Source: an uncultured delta proteobacterium (lineage in GTDB: Bacteria; Myxococcota; Myxococcia; Myxococcales; Myxococcaceae). Taken from it: DNA of 64,000 nucleotides. This document shows, in pieces, positions 39,792-50,071 of the stretch (positions are counted from its first letter, which is position 1; each line of letters opens with the position of its first letter). Both the position numbers and the translations under genes were made by a program. The stretch lies in assembly GCA_963796055.1 (NCBI GenBank), contig CAWCKH010000004.1, positions 352,001 through 416,000 of the forward strand, in the 5' to 3' direction. Below the pieces are notes generated by a model that made no database searches, had not been told where the DNA came from, and saw nothing but the letters and a program-made list of their open reading frames with translations.

Positions 39792-41941
39792 CCGCCGCCG
39801 CCGCCCGGGATCGCCGGTCGGCGGAGCACCATCATCGCGCGGTCCACGACGGTGAGCTTGCCACCGGCGGGGGCAAAGGCGCCGGTCTTCCCGTCGTCGT
39901 TGGCGGTGTCGACCAGGATCTCCCAGTCGCTGCCCCACTCGATGGCCGGGAGCACGAACTCCACCGGCTCGTGGTGGGCGTTCATGAGGATCAGCAGCGT
40001 GTCGCCGACCACCTTGTTCCCCTGCGGGTCGGTGGTGGCGATGGCATCGCCCCCGAGGAGGTAGCCCAGCGAGCGGACGAAGGGCTGATTCCAGTCCTCC
40101 TGGGTCATCTCGCTGCCGTCGGGCCGGAACCAGGCCAGGTCCTTGAGGTCCGAGTCCCAGATGTGCTGCCCGCGGAAGAACCGCCGCCGCTTCAGCACCG
40201 GCTGCTCGCGCCGCATCTTGATCAGCCGCTGGGTGAAGGTCAGCAGCGACTTCTTCCGCTCGTCGAGTTTCCAGTCCACCCAGGAGATCTCGTTGTCCTG
40301 GCAGTAGGCGTTGTTGTTCCCGCCCTGGGTCCGGCCGATCTCGTCGCCGGCCAGCAGCATCGGCACGCCGTTGGAGACGAGGAGCGTGGTGAGGAAGTTG
40401 CGGACCTGCCGGTCCCGCAGCGCGTTGATCTGGGGATCGTCGGTCGGCCCCTCCACGCCGCAGTTCCAGGAGTTGTTCTCGTCCGCGCCGTCCTTGTTGT
40501 GCTCGAGGTTCGCCCCGTTGTGCTTCTGGTTGTAGGAGACCAGGTCGCGGAGCGTGTACCCGTCGTGGGCGGTGATGAAGTTGATCGAGGCGTGTGGCCC
40601 CCGCCCAGAGAGCTGGAACAGGTCCGACGACCCGGTGAGCCGGTAGCCAATCTCGGCGGCGAGGTTGTCCTCGCCCTTCCAGTACTTCCGGAAGGAGTCG
40701 CGGTACTTCCCGTTCCACTCGGAGAAGTCCACCGGGATCGCCCCGAGCTGGTACCCGCCCGGGCCCACGTCCCACGGCTCGGCGATGAGCTTCACCCGGC
40801 TGAGCACCGGGTCCTGGTGGATGGCCTGGAAGAACGGCGCATTCCGGTCGAAGATCAGACGGTGGCGTCCCAACGTGGTCGCCAGGTCGAAGCGAAAGCC
40901 GTCGACCTGCATCTCCTGGACCCAGTAGCGCAGCGAGTCGGTCACCAGCTTCAAGCTCTGAGGGTGGTCCAGGTTGAGGCTGTTCCCGGTGCCGGTGAAG
41001 TCCTGGAAGTAGCGCGGCGACTCAGCGGACATCAAATAGTACGCGAGCGGATCGAGGCCCTTGAGGCTCAGCGTCGGCCCGAGGTGATTTCCCTCGCCGG
41101 TGTGATTGTAGACCACGTCCAGCAGCACCTCGATGCCGGAGCGGTGCAGCGCCTTCACCATGCCCTTGAACTCGTTCACCACGTTGAAGGGTCCGGTGCA
41201 GGCGTAACGCGCGTCGGGGGCGAAGTACCCGAGCGTGTTGTAGCCCCAGTAGTTGGTGAGCCCCTTGGCCTCGAGGAACCCCTCGTCCACCGCCTGGTGC
41301 ACGGGGAGGAACTCCACCGCGGTGATTCCCAGCCTGGTCAGGTAGTCGATCACCACCGGATGGGCGAAGGCGCCGTACGTCCCGCGCAGGTACTCGGGGA
41401 TGTCGGGGTGGCGCATGGTGAAGCCACGCACGTGGGTCTCGTAGACGACGAGCCGGGGCCAGGTGATGCGCGGACTCTCCACGCCCTCCCAGTTGAACCT
41501 GCCGTCCACCACGATGGCGCGGGGCATGCCCGGGGCGCTGTCGCGGTCGTCGAAGGAGAGGTCCGCCTTCCGGCTTCCGACCCGGTAGGCGTAGACCGGC
41601 GCGTCGAAGTCCACCCGGCCGAAGATGGCGCGGGCATAGGGATCGACCAGCAGCTTGTTGGCGTTGAAGCGCAGTCCGCGGCTGGGGTCGTACGGCCCGT
41701 CGGCGCGGAATCCGTAGAGCGTGCCCGGGCCGACTCCCTTGAGATATCCATGCCGCACGTTCCGGGTGCGCTCGGGCAGGGTGACCCGCGCCGTCTCGCG
41801 GTTGGGGTCGCGCACGTCGTAGAGACAGACGTCGATGCGCTCCGCCCACTCGGAGAAGACCGCGACGTTCACTCCTTCCCCATCCCAGGTCGCTCCCAGC
41901 GGCTGCGGCTTTCCGGGCCAGACCGCGGTGGGGACGGTCAT
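39788..41941 (-). CDS. glgX: Glycogen debranching enzyme (isoamylase, GlgX/TreX)
   Basis: NYWGYNT, DVVYNHTGEG, DGFRFDLA, IAEPWD, TAHDG, GNNNAYCQDNE. Confidence 0.95.
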   Translation of the reverse strand: MTVPTAVWPGKPQPLGATWDGEGVNVAVFSEWAERIDVCLYDVRDPNRETARVTLPERTRNVRHGYLKGVGPGTLYGFRADGPYDPSRGLRFNANKLLVDPYARAIFGRVDFDAPVYAYRVGSRKADLSFDDRDSAPGMPRAIVVDGRFNWEGVESPRITWPRLVVYETHVRGFTMRHPDIPEYLRGTYGAFAHPVVIDYLTRLGITAVEFLPVHQAVDEGFLEAKGLTNYWGYNTLGYFAPDARYACTGPFNVVNEFKGMVKALHRSGIEVLLDVVYNHTGEGNHLGPTLSLKGLDPLAYYLMSAESPRYFQDFTGTGNSLNLDHPQSLKLVTDSLRYWVQEMQVDGFRFDLATTLGRHRLIFDRNAPFFQAIHQDPVLSRVKLIAEPWDVGPGGYQLGAIPVDFSEWNGKYRDSFRKYWKGEDNLAAEIGYRLTGSSDLFQLSGRGPHASINFITAHDGYTLRDLVSYNQKHNGANLEHNKDGADENNSWNCGVEGPTDDPQINALRDRQVRNFLTTLLVSNGVPMLLAGDEIGRTQGGNNNAYCQDNEISWVDWKLDERKKSLLTFTQRLIKMRREQPVLKRRRFFRGQHIWDSDLKDLAWFRPDGSEMTQEDWNQPFVRSLGYLLGGDAIATTDPQGNKVVGDTLLILMNAHHEPVEFVLPAIEWGSDWEILVDTANDDGKTGAFAPAGGKLTVVDRAMMVLRRPAIPGGGGG

Positions 41942-44900
41942 TCCACCGCCTCCAGGACCGCCACCGGAAAGTCGGTGAACAGCGGCCCCAGGGCCAGTCC
42001 CCCCTCGAGCGGTTGCACCCGCACCCCCGTCACCACGTTCCGGAAACGCCGTCCGGCGAGGTCGGTGGGCAGGCGCATGCGCGTCGAACCGTAGACCGGA
42101 CCGAGGCCGGCACGGAGCGCGCGGGAGACCAGCCGCGGCGCGGCGACCACCACCGCGTCGTCCCGCAGCCGCCGGGCGAAGGCCAGGGCGCGGGTCGCGG
42201 CGATGCCGTCCAGCTCGAGCGGCTCGTAGGCGCCCCGCCGGAACAGCTCGGGCCGCGCCTGGCGGAGCCGGAGCATCAGGGTGGTGAGGAGCAGCTTGCA
42301 GCGCCCATCGGCCGGATGCGCCCAGGCCTCACGCGCAACGCCGACCGGCGCCCCGGCGTGCTGGCGGAGCAGCTCGGAGAGCAGCTCGTCGCGGAGCTGG
42401 AAGTCGACCGGGCGGCGGTTGTCGGGATCCACCAGCGAGAGGTCCCACAGCTCGTCGCCCTGGTAGATGTCCGGCACGCCGGGGCTGGCGAGCTTGAGGG
42501 CGAGCTGCACCAGCGAGTTCACCTGACCCGGCCGCTCGATGCGCTCCTTGAGCAGTCGCGCCTGCTCGAAGAACACCCGGGAGACGGCGGGGTCGAGGAT
42601 CCGGTCCACGAAGCGGGCGGTGGCCTCCTCGTAGTCCGGGTCGGGGTTGGTCCAGCTGGTGTGGACCTTCGCCTCGCGGATGGCCTTGAGCATGTACTCG
42701 CGGATCCGCGTCCGGAACGAGGGGAGCTGGCCGGCGTCCAATTCGCCCATCGGCCAGGTGCCGAGCAGAGTCTGGTAGAGGAGGTACTCGTCGTTGCCCG
42801 AGGGCGCGGTCCTGCCGGCGAGCTCGGTCTTGTGGACTGAGTTCAGCTTCCGCCAGCTCTCGAGCGCGCGGCGCCACTCGCCCGGGATCTCCGAGAGCAT
42901 CACCAGCCGGGCCCGCACGTCCTGGCTGCGCTTGGTGTCGTGGGTGGAGCTGGCGACCAGGGCTCCGGGCCAGTCCCGGGCGCGCTCGAGGTTCCGGTGA
43001 TGGAAGGTCTCTACGCTGGTCCCGAAGTGCTCCGGTTCCCCGCCCACCTCGTTGAGGGCCACCAGGCGGTTGTAGACGTAGAAGACCGTGTCCTCCAGCC
43101 CCTTCGCCATCACCGGCCCGGTGATCTGCTGGAGCTTCATGGCGAAGTGCAGCATGACCTGCCGCTCGGCCTGCGGCAGATGCTCCGGGTACCGCTTGAG
43201 GAGCACGTCCTCGAGCCAGGAGAACAGCGAGGCGTTGGTGGTGGGGTCCGCCACCCGGGCCCGGGCGATGGTCCACTGGATGTAGTGCCCGTCGCGCTCG
43301 TCGACACCGGGAGCCTCCGAGACGTAGGTCCGGTAGACGGGGAAGTGGGCGATGAAGCCGATGAGCGCCCGGCGGATCGAGTTGAGGGTGAAGTCCCGCG
43401 TCCGCCGGTTCATCTCGGAGATTCGATTGAGCTCGCGGGCCAGGCCGTTGATCTCGCTGGCCATGCTCACCGCCATGACCTGCTTCTTCTTCTCCACCAG
43501 CAAGGTCTCGAAGCGCAGCGGGTGGCCGATGAACTTCTCGTAGATCTCGGTGAACTCCCGGGCGGCCGAGGCATCCACCAGCACCCCGGTGGTGAGGTTG
43601 GCGAAGCGGTATCCGGTGGTGCCCTGCACCGCCCAGTCGTCCGGGATGCGCTCCTTGCCGCCCTGGATCTTCTCCACCACCAGGTACAGCGCGCGGCGGA
43701 GCGGCGAGGAGGGATCGCCCCCCGCCTCGGCCCGCCAGCGCCGCAGCAGCGCCTTGCTCACCGCCGGCCAGCTCGCGTCGTCCACCGCATCGCCGGCGAG
43801 CTTGCGAGCCTGGTCGAGGAAGTACCGCTCTTGGAGCCGGAGGAAGTAGCCGCTGGGATCGAACAGCCCGTCGGGATGGTCGATGCGCAGCCCGTGCACC
43901 TGCCCCCGGGCGAGGAACTGGAAGGTGAGCGCGTGCGCCTCCTCGAAGACATCGAGGTCCTCGACCCGGATCGCCGCCAGGGTGTTGATGTCGAAGAAGC
44001 GCCGGTAGTTGATCTCCTCCCCCGCCACCCGCCAGTGCGCGAGCCGGTACGGGACGTAGCGCTCGAGGAGCTGGTGGAGCTCGTCGAAGGTGCGCGGGTC
44101 GTTGGGCGTGCCGTTCAGCCGGGCGAGGCTCGCCCGCAGATGCTCGGCCACCACGGGCGAGCTGCTCACCAGGGTCTTCAGCCGCCGCTTGAGAACCTCC
44201 TTCTCCCGGCTGCGCTCCAGCACCTTCTCCACCGAGGTCTCCCGGCGGGAGGGCAGGTTTCTCACCCCGGTGAGGATGCTCTGCAGCTCCACGAAGTCGG
44301 GATGGGACTCGCCGAGCTGGGCCCCCACCTGCTCCACGCCGACCCCGAGCACGTCCTGATAGGCGCGCGGATTCAGCGGCAAGCGCTGGTCGAAGTAGCG
44401 GAGGGTGAAGCTCCCGCCCTGGTACTCGAGCTGGAGCTCGCCCCGATCGAGCACCACCCCGAACTGGTCTCCGAGGATGGGCAGGAGCACCTTGTTCCGG
44501 AGCTCGGACTTCACCGGGTCCCACTCGATGTCGAAGAAGTGGGCGTGGACCGCCGCCGGCCCGTTCTCCAGCACGTCCTCCCAGAGCGGGTTTCCGGCCG
44601 CGATGCCCATGTGGTTGGGAACGGTGTCCAGCACCAGCTGGAGGCCGTTGGCCTGAAGCGTGTCGGCGAGGGCTGCGAACCCCACCCCTCCGCCGAGCTC
44701 GGGGTTCACCGTGGTGTGGTCCACCACGTCGTAGCCGTGATTGCTCCCCGGCATCGCCTTGAGGATGGGCGAGGTATAGAGGTGGCTCACCCCCAGCCGT
44801 GCCAGGTACGGCACCACGGCGCTCGCCCGGGAGAAGTCGAAGTCCCGGTGCAGCTGGACCCGATAGGTGGAGAGGGGGATCCGCTGCTGCGCGAGCAGCT

Positions 44901-45006
44901 GCGCTTGGGTGCGGCCGTACAGCGCCTCGGCGATGGCAGGCTCGTCCAGCGAGGGGGTCTCGCCGGTCTGGTCGGCCTGCCGGGCCTCGTCGAGGTGCGG
45001 ATCCAT
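41938..45006 (-). CDS. treY: Malto-oligosyltrehalose synthase
   Basis: STYRVQL, GSNHGYDVVD, INYRRFFDI, GLRIDHPDGL, STHDTKRS, LVDPDNRRPVD. Confidence 0.95.
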   Translation of the reverse strand: MDPHLDEARQADQTGETPSLDEPAIAEALYGRTQAQLLAQQRIPLSTYRVQLHRDFDFSRASAVVPYLARLGVSHLYTSPILKAMPGSNHGYDVVDHTTVNPELGGGVGFAALADTLQANGLQLVLDTVPNHMGIAAGNPLWEDVLENGPAAVHAHFFDIEWDPVKSELRNKVLLPILGDQFGVVLDRGELQLEYQGGSFTLRYFDQRLPLNPRAYQDVLGVGVEQVGAQLGESHPDFVELQSILTGVRNLPSRRETSVEKVLERSREKEVLKRRLKTLVSSSPVVAEHLRASLARLNGTPNDPRTFDELHQLLERYVPYRLAHWRVAGEEINYRRFFDINTLAAIRVEDLDVFEEAHALTFQFLARGQVHGLRIDHPDGLFDPSGYFLRLQERYFLDQARKLAGDAVDDASWPAVSKALLRRWRAEAGGDPSSPLRRALYLVVEKIQGGKERIPDDWAVQGTTGYRFANLTTGVLVDASAAREFTEIYEKFIGHPLRFETLLVEKKKQVMAVSMASEINGLARELNRISEMNRRTRDFTLNSIRRALIGFIAHFPVYRTYVSEAPGVDERDGHYIQWTIARARVADPTTNASLFSWLEDVLLKRYPEHLPQAERQVMLHFAMKLQQITGPVMAKGLEDTVFYVYNRLVALNEVGGEPEHFGTSVETFHHRNLERARDWPGALVASSTHDTKRSQDVRARLVMLSEIPGEWRRALESWRKLNSVHKTELAGRTAPSGNDEYLLYQTLLGTWPMGELDAGQLPSFRTRIREYMLKAIREAKVHTSWTNPDPDYEEATARFVDRILDPAVSRVFFEQARLLKERIERPGQVNSLVQLALKLASPGVPDIYQGDELWDLSLVDPDNRRPVDFQLRDELLSELLRQHAGAPVGVAREAWAHPADGRCKLLLTTLMLRLRQARPELFRRGAYEPLELDGIAATRALAFARRLRDDAVVVAAPRLVSRALRAGLGPVYGSTRMRLPTDLAGRRFRNVVTGVRVQPLEGGLALGPLFTDFPVAVLEAVE

Positions 45007-45134
45007 GGCGTCTGTGAGCTGCTTACCGAAGGACGGACAGTCTCACGGCCGGCGAATCTGGGGACGCGCATGCCAGCCAACAATCCCCTCGGCCCCGGGT
45101 CGGGAAAGCTCCTCCCCCGGGTGGACCCAGCCTC

Positions 45135-46040
45135 TCACGCCTGCCCCGCGCCGTCCGTGGTGAACGTCACCATCCGGCCGTCCGAGGTGTAAAGCACCGG
45201 CTCGCCGCCGACGCTCGCCAAGGTGCCGCCTGCTCGGATCAGCACGGTGGCTCGCCCGGTGGCGGGGTCGTTGGCGGTGTACTGCCCGGACCCCGGGTCG
45301 CGGCCGGTGAGGCAGACCCAGTGCTGCCGGGGACGGCCCTGGACGTCGTGCACCACCCGGAGCAGGACGGGGCGGCCGGCGTCGAGCTCGCGGTCGACCT
45401 GGCTGCAGTCGAGGTCCCCCGGGCTGGCGCGGGGGCCGCCGGGGATGGCCGACCCGGCGACGCTCCAGTCCACGAGGGGCCCCTGGAAACCGCCGGCATC
45501 GCGGAGGTGCCGCACCAGCGCATCGGGGGTGACGCGCCTGCCGGCGAGCCGGCTGAGGGCCATGGCGCAGGCGGTGACCGCGCAGCCGGCTTGGGCGAGC
45601 GTGGGGCCTTCACCGGAGGCACCGAGCCGCTCGGTTCGCCAGGCGGGATCTCCCTGCCGGAAGAGCGGGGTGCCGCCGGAGGCCCGGGCCAGAGCGCGCT
45701 CCTCGGGGACCTCCCGGTGGAGGAGCCGGAGCAGCGCGTTGGCCAGGCGGGCCTGCTGCTCGGCTGCATTCGTCGGCAGACGCGCCGGGTCCGGGAGCGG
45801 CCGTGGGCCCTGTGCGAGGTTCACGATGCGGTCCTCGGATCCGGGCAGCGTCGTCACCGGGGCGGGCAAGGTGAGCACCTGCCCGACGTCGATCCGGTCC
45901 GGGTTGGCGATGCCGTTGAGTCGGGCGAGGGTGCGCACCAGCTCGGCGGTGGTGCCGGGAACGCCCTGCTGCTGGAGCCCTCGGGCGATGCCGGACAGCG
46001 TGTCCCCGGGCTGGACGGTCGCGACGGTTCGGATGGCCAT
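45135..46040 (-). CDS. LysM + C39-like cysteine peptidase
   Basis: VQPGDTLSGIA..LNGIANPDRIDVGQVLTLP (LysM); QGDPAW, GCAVTACAM, HWV, NDP. Confidence 0.8.
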   Translation of the reverse strand: MAIRTVATVQPGDTLSGIARGLQQQGVPGTTAELVRTLARLNGIANPDRIDVGQVLTLPAPVTTLPGSEDRIVNLAQGPRPLPDPARLPTNAAEQQARLANALLRLLHREVPEERALARASGGTPLFRQGDPAWRTERLGASGEGPTLAQAGCAVTACAMALSRLAGRRVTPDALVRHLRDAGGFQGPLVDWSVAGSAIPGGPRASPGDLDCSQVDRELDAGRPVLLRVVHDVQGRPRQHWVCLTGRDPGSGQYTANDPATGRATVLIRAGGTLASVGGEPVLYTSDGRMVTFTTDGAGQA

Positions 46041-46242
46041 GGGCGCAACCTCGGAGCAGCGACCCAGCGCCACGGCCGGTGCACCCTGCGGGCCAACCCC
46101 GCTCGCCCTGCACAGGCGGCCGCCCTCGTCCAGGGTCGAAGACGGGCGACCGGAACCCTGGACGTACGAAGGGCCCCGCGGCCGCTTCGCACCAGCCGAC
46201 CACGGAGCCCTGGAGTGCGGGGACGCGCCCCGGCGGAAAGCG

Positions 46243-46545
46243 TCAGCTCAGGTGCTTGTTGACCAGCTTGGTCATCTCGAACATCGAGACCTGCTTCTTG
46301 CCACCGAAGATCGGCTTCAGCCTGTCGTCGGCGTTGATCATCCGCCTCTCCTTGGCGTCCTGGAGATTGTTCTTGCGGATGTAGGCCCAGAGCTTCTTCA
46401 CCACCTCGGTGCGGGGAATCGGCTTGTTACCAACGACCTGGGCGAGGTCCTCGGACGGCATCATCTCCTTCATGAAGGCTGCGTTCGGCTTGCGCTTCGC
46501 TCCGGATGACTTCTTTGCCTTCTTCGCGGGCTTCTTGGCGGCCAT
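46243..46545 (-). CDS. Stand-alone SWIB/MDM2 domain protein
   Basis: Lys-rich N-terminus; PRTEVVKKLWAYIRKNNLQD, VSMFEMTKLVNKHL. Confidence 0.92.
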   Translation of the reverse strand: MAAKKPAKKAKKSSGAKRKPNAAFMKEMMPSEDLAQVVGNKPIPRTEVVKKLWAYIRKNNLQDAKERRMINADDRLKPIFGGKKQVSMFEMTKLVNKHLS

Positions 46546-46714
46546 TCGGTCGAATTCTCCCTCCCCCTCTTGAAGGGGACGTTGTACGGCTCGTCGGTCG
46601 AGTCGATGGCTTCGCGTTCGACGAAGCCAAGGCTGGGCGGATATCAGGTTTCAGAGGAGAAAACACCCGTGGAGCGCCTTTTCCCCTCGGAGAATCGTCG
46701 GAGGCCCCTCTGAC

Positions 46715-47686
46715 ATGCGGGTGCTGATCACCGGTGCAAACGGGTTTCTGGGGAGTGCCCTGAGCCGGCGGCTGGTCGGGGAGGGGCACCGGGTCCGGGC
46801 CCTGGTGCGTCCAGGGAGCGACGCCTCGGCCCTCGACGGGGTGGGTGTGGAGCGGGTCTCGGGAGACGTGACCGACCCGGAGTCCGTCCTGCGCGCGGTC
46901 GAGGGGACGGAGGTGGTCTTCCATCTCGCGGGGCTGCGTCGCGCTCCCGAGCGCTCGGCCTTCTTCCGGGTCAACGCCGAAGGCACGCGGTCGGTGTGTG
47001 ACGCGATGCTCCGGGTGCGGGCACGGCGGATGGTGCTCGCCGGGTCGCTCGCCGCGGTGGGGCCCTCGCGGCCGGACCGGCCCCACGTGGAGACGGACCC
47101 GTTCGCCCCCGAGGAATGGTACGGCGAGAGCAAGGCGGAGGCGGAGCGCATCGCGCTTGGCATGGAGGGGCTCGAGGTGACCGTGGCCCGGCCGCCGCGG
47201 ATCCTGGGACCCGGAGATCGGGAGAACCTGGTGTTCTTCCGGCTGGTGAAGCGCGGCATTCGACTGGAGATCGGGGGTGGGCCGCGACCTCTCTCGGTGG
47301 TGGACGTGGACGACGTGGTGGAGCTGCTCCTTCTTCTCGCGGCCCGGCCGGAGGCGGTGGGCGAGGCGTTCTTCGCCCCGGGCCCCGACCAGACGACGCT
47401 CGAGGAGATCCAGACGCTGGGCGCGGAGGTGCTGGGAGTGAAGCCGCGGACCTTGCGGCTGTCTCCCGGACGGCTCCGTGCGCTGGCAGCGATGGCGGAC
47501 GGGTTCAGCCGGTTGACCGGGAAGCACCTGCCCCTGAACCGGAAGCTGGCGCGGCAGCTGCTGGCGCCGGCATGGACCTGCAGCGGGGAGAAGGCCAGGG
47601 CGCGGCTGGGATGGGTGCCGCGGATCGAGGCCCGCACCTCGATTGCGCGGAGCGCCGCGTGGTATCAGGCCCACGGCTGGCTATGA
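46715..47686 (+). CDS. NAD-dependent epimerase/dehydratase (extended SDR)
   Basis: [18 protein letters not shown]. Confidence 0.9.
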   Translation: MRVLITGANGFLGSALSRRLVGEGHRVRALVRPGSDASALDGVGVERVSGDVTDPESVLRAVEGTEVVFHLAGLRRAPERSAFFRVNAEGTRSVCDAMLRVRARRMVLAGSLAAVGPSRPDRPHVETDPFAPEEWYGESKAEAERIALGMEGLEVTVARPPRILGPGDRENLVFFRLVKRGIRLEIGGGPRPLSVVDVDDVVELLLLLAARPEAVGEAFFAPGPDQTTLEEIQTLGAEVLGVKPRTLRLSPGRLRALAAMADGFSRLTGKHLPLNRKLARQLLAPAWTCSGEKARARLGWVPRIEARTSIARSAAWYQAHGWL

Positions 47687-48348
47687 GCGCCAAGGCGGCT
47701 TTCTACGACGTCGACGGAACGCTGGTGAGGACGAACATCGTCCACACCTACGCGTACTACGCGATGAACCGCGGCTCGCTGACCGGCATCGCGGCGCGGA
47801 CCCTGGCGACGGTTGCGCAGATTCCGGTCTATGCCGGCCTGGACCTGATCAACCGGAAGGTCTTCAACGAGTACTTCTACCGGGCCTACGAGGGGCTGTC
47901 GGAGGACCGGCTGGTGGTGCTCGGGGAAGAGCTGCTGGACGACGTGCTGAAGCCGGCGATCTTCCCCAAGGCGCAGGACCTGATCGACGAGGCGCGGCGG
48001 GCCGGCTGCCGGATCGTGCTGATCACCGGCGCCCTGGACTTCACGGTGCTCCCGCTGGCCAGGCACCTGCGCGCCGACGACGTGATCGCCAACAAGATGC
48101 AGTTCGTGGGAGGCGTCGCGACGGGCAAGGTGATTCCCCCCATCATCGAGGGGGCGAACAAGGCCAACGCCATCCGCGAGTACTGCGTGAAGCACGGTCT
48201 GCAACTCGACCAGAGCTTCGCCTATTCGGACAGCTTCAGCGACTACGCGATGCTGGCGATGGTAGGGCGGCCCACGGCGGTGAACCCGGACGTGCGGCTC
48301 CGCTCGGTGGCGCGGGCGTACCACTGGCCAGTGCTGGATCTGAGATAG
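47683..48348 (+). CDS. HAD-IB family phosphatase
   Basis: [28 protein letters not shown] overlap with upstream gene. Confidence 0.9.
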   Translation: MSAKAAFYDVDGTLVRTNIVHTYAYYAMNRGSLTGIAARTLATVAQIPVYAGLDLINRKVFNEYFYRAYEGLSEDRLVVLGEELLDDVLKPAIFPKAQDLIDEARRAGCRIVLITGALDFTVLPLARHLRADDVIANKMQFVGGVATGKVIPPIIEGANKANAIREYCVKHGLQLDQSFAYSDSFSDYAMLAMVGRPTAVNPDVRLRSVARAYHWPVLDLR

Positions 48349-48446
48349 CCGGCGCTGCTGAGGGTCGTGGGGGGACGGCCCGGAGGGTGGGGCTTGACAG
48401 AATCCCCCGGGCTTCCGCGTGGTATGGCCCCCGCGAGGTTCTTTCG

Positions 48447-50060
48447 ATGCGCCAGCTGAAGACACTGAAGCGGCTCTACGACGAGGAGCGCCACGTCGTG
48501 GTGACGGAGAAGGGCAGCCCGCCCCGGGTGCTCTTCTTCGGCGAGGACTTCCTGCTCGAGGACCTGCCGCTGGACACGCGGGTGGTGTTCCCGCGCCAGC
48601 CGCTGCAGGGCGTGCCGAACGTGAAGGCGGCGATCCGCTGGGCGCTGAACCACCCCGAGGGAATGGACCCGCTGCACGCGCTGCTCCGGCCGGGGATGAA
48701 GGTGACGGTGGCGATCGACGACATCTCGCTGCCCTTGCCGCCGATGGCGCTGCCCGACGTGCGGCAGACCATCCTGGAAATCGTGCTCGAGCTGCTGACC
48801 GACTCGGGCGTGGACGACGTGCATCTGATCATCGCCAACGCGCTCCACCGCCGGATGACCGAGGCGGAGATGAAGCGGATGGTGGGCTCGAAGATCTTCG
48901 CCGCCTACTACCCGGAGCGCTACTACAACCACGACGCCGAGGACCCGGAGGGGATGGTGGAGCTGGAGCGGACCTCTGCCGGCGAGGTGGTGGCGATCAA
49001 CCGGCGGGCCGCGGAGAGCGACCTCCTCATCTACCTGAACATCAACCTGGTGCCGATGGACGGCGGGCACAAGTCGGTGGGCACGGGGCTGGCGAACTAC
49101 GAGTCGCTGCGGGCGCACCACAACCCGAAGACCATCCGCGAGTCCGAGAGCTACATGGAGCCGAGTCGCAGCGCGCTCCACAGGAGCACCGAGCGCATCG
49201 GCCGGGTGATCGACAAGGCGCTCAAGGTCTTCCACATCGAGACCGCGCTGAACAACCGGATGTTCGACGGTCCGACCGCGTTCCTGGGAAAGCGGGAGGA
49301 GGACTACACCGAGTTCGACCGGCTGAAGTTCCAGGGGCTGAAGTACACGCTGTCCAAGTTGCCCCGGGCAGCGAAGCGGAAGCTGTTCATGAACATCCCG
49401 GCGCCGTACGAGGTGATCGGGGTGAACGCGGGCGCGACCGAGCCCTGTCACGAGAAGACGCTGGAGCTCTGCTGGAAGCAGTACTCCATTCCCGTGGACG
49501 GACAGAGCGACGTGGTCATCTTCCCGGTGCCGTACATCTCGCCGTACAACGTGAACTCGATCCTGAACCCGCTGCTGGTCCAGGTGATGGGGCTCGGGTA
49601 CCTGTACAACCTGAACCGGGGGGTGCCGCTGGTGAAGAAGGGCGGAGTGATCATCCTCTGCCACCCGGCGTACGACGAGTTCGATCCCGAGCACCACCCG
49701 AGCTACATCGAGTTCTTCAACCGCTTACTCCCGGAGACCCGGGACGCGATGAAGCTCGAGCACATGTACGAGCGCGAGTTCGCGGAGAACCCGAGCTACG
49801 TGCACCTGTACCGGAAGGGGCACGCCTACCACGGCGCCCACCCCTTCTACATGTGGTACTGGGGCGAGAACGGCCGCCAGCACGTGGGCAAGGTGATCTG
49901 CGCCGGTGCGGAGAACAACCACGTCCCCGAGCTCCTCGGCTGGGAGCGGGCCGACACCCTGGGCGAGGCGATCGACCTGGCCCGCGGCTTCATGGGCCGA
50001 AGCGCCAGCATCACCTGCGTGAAGACCGCGCCGATCGTGCAGTGCGACGTGCGGATCTGA
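48447..50060 (+). CDS. Lactate racemase (LarA/DUF2088)-domain protein
   Basis: [31 protein letters not shown] resemble LarA N-terminal motifs. Confidence 0.75.
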   Translation: MRQLKTLKRLYDEERHVVVTEKGSPPRVLFFGEDFLLEDLPLDTRVVFPRQPLQGVPNVKAAIRWALNHPEGMDPLHALLRPGMKVTVAIDDISLPLPPMALPDVRQTILEIVLELLTDSGVDDVHLIIANALHRRMTEAEMKRMVGSKIFAAYYPERYYNHDAEDPEGMVELERTSAGEVVAINRRAAESDLLIYLNINLVPMDGGHKSVGTGLANYESLRAHHNPKTIRESESYMEPSRSALHRSTERIGRVIDKALKVFHIETALNNRMFDGPTAFLGKREEDYTEFDRLKFQGLKYTLSKLPRAAKRKLFMNIPAPYEVIGVNAGATEPCHEKTLELCWKQYSIPVDGQSDVVIFPVPYISPYNVNSILNPLLVQVMGLGYLYNLNRGVPLVKKGGVIILCHPAYDEFDPEHHPSYIEFFNRLLPETRDAMKLEHMYEREFAENPSYVHLYRKGHAYHGAHPFYMWYWGENGRQHVGKVICAGAENNHVPELLGWERADTLGEAIDLARGFMGRSASITCVKTAPIVQCDVRI

Positions 50061-50071
50061 GCCGAAGCGCT

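Noticed and set aside
39788..39900. yybP-ykoY riboswitch before the TerC gene
   Set aside because: The start codon overlaps the glgX stop, leaving no leader
48394..48430. Sigma70 promoter for the LarA-like gene
   Set aside because: TTGACA at 48394-48399 has no plausible -10 box at 16-18 nt spacing
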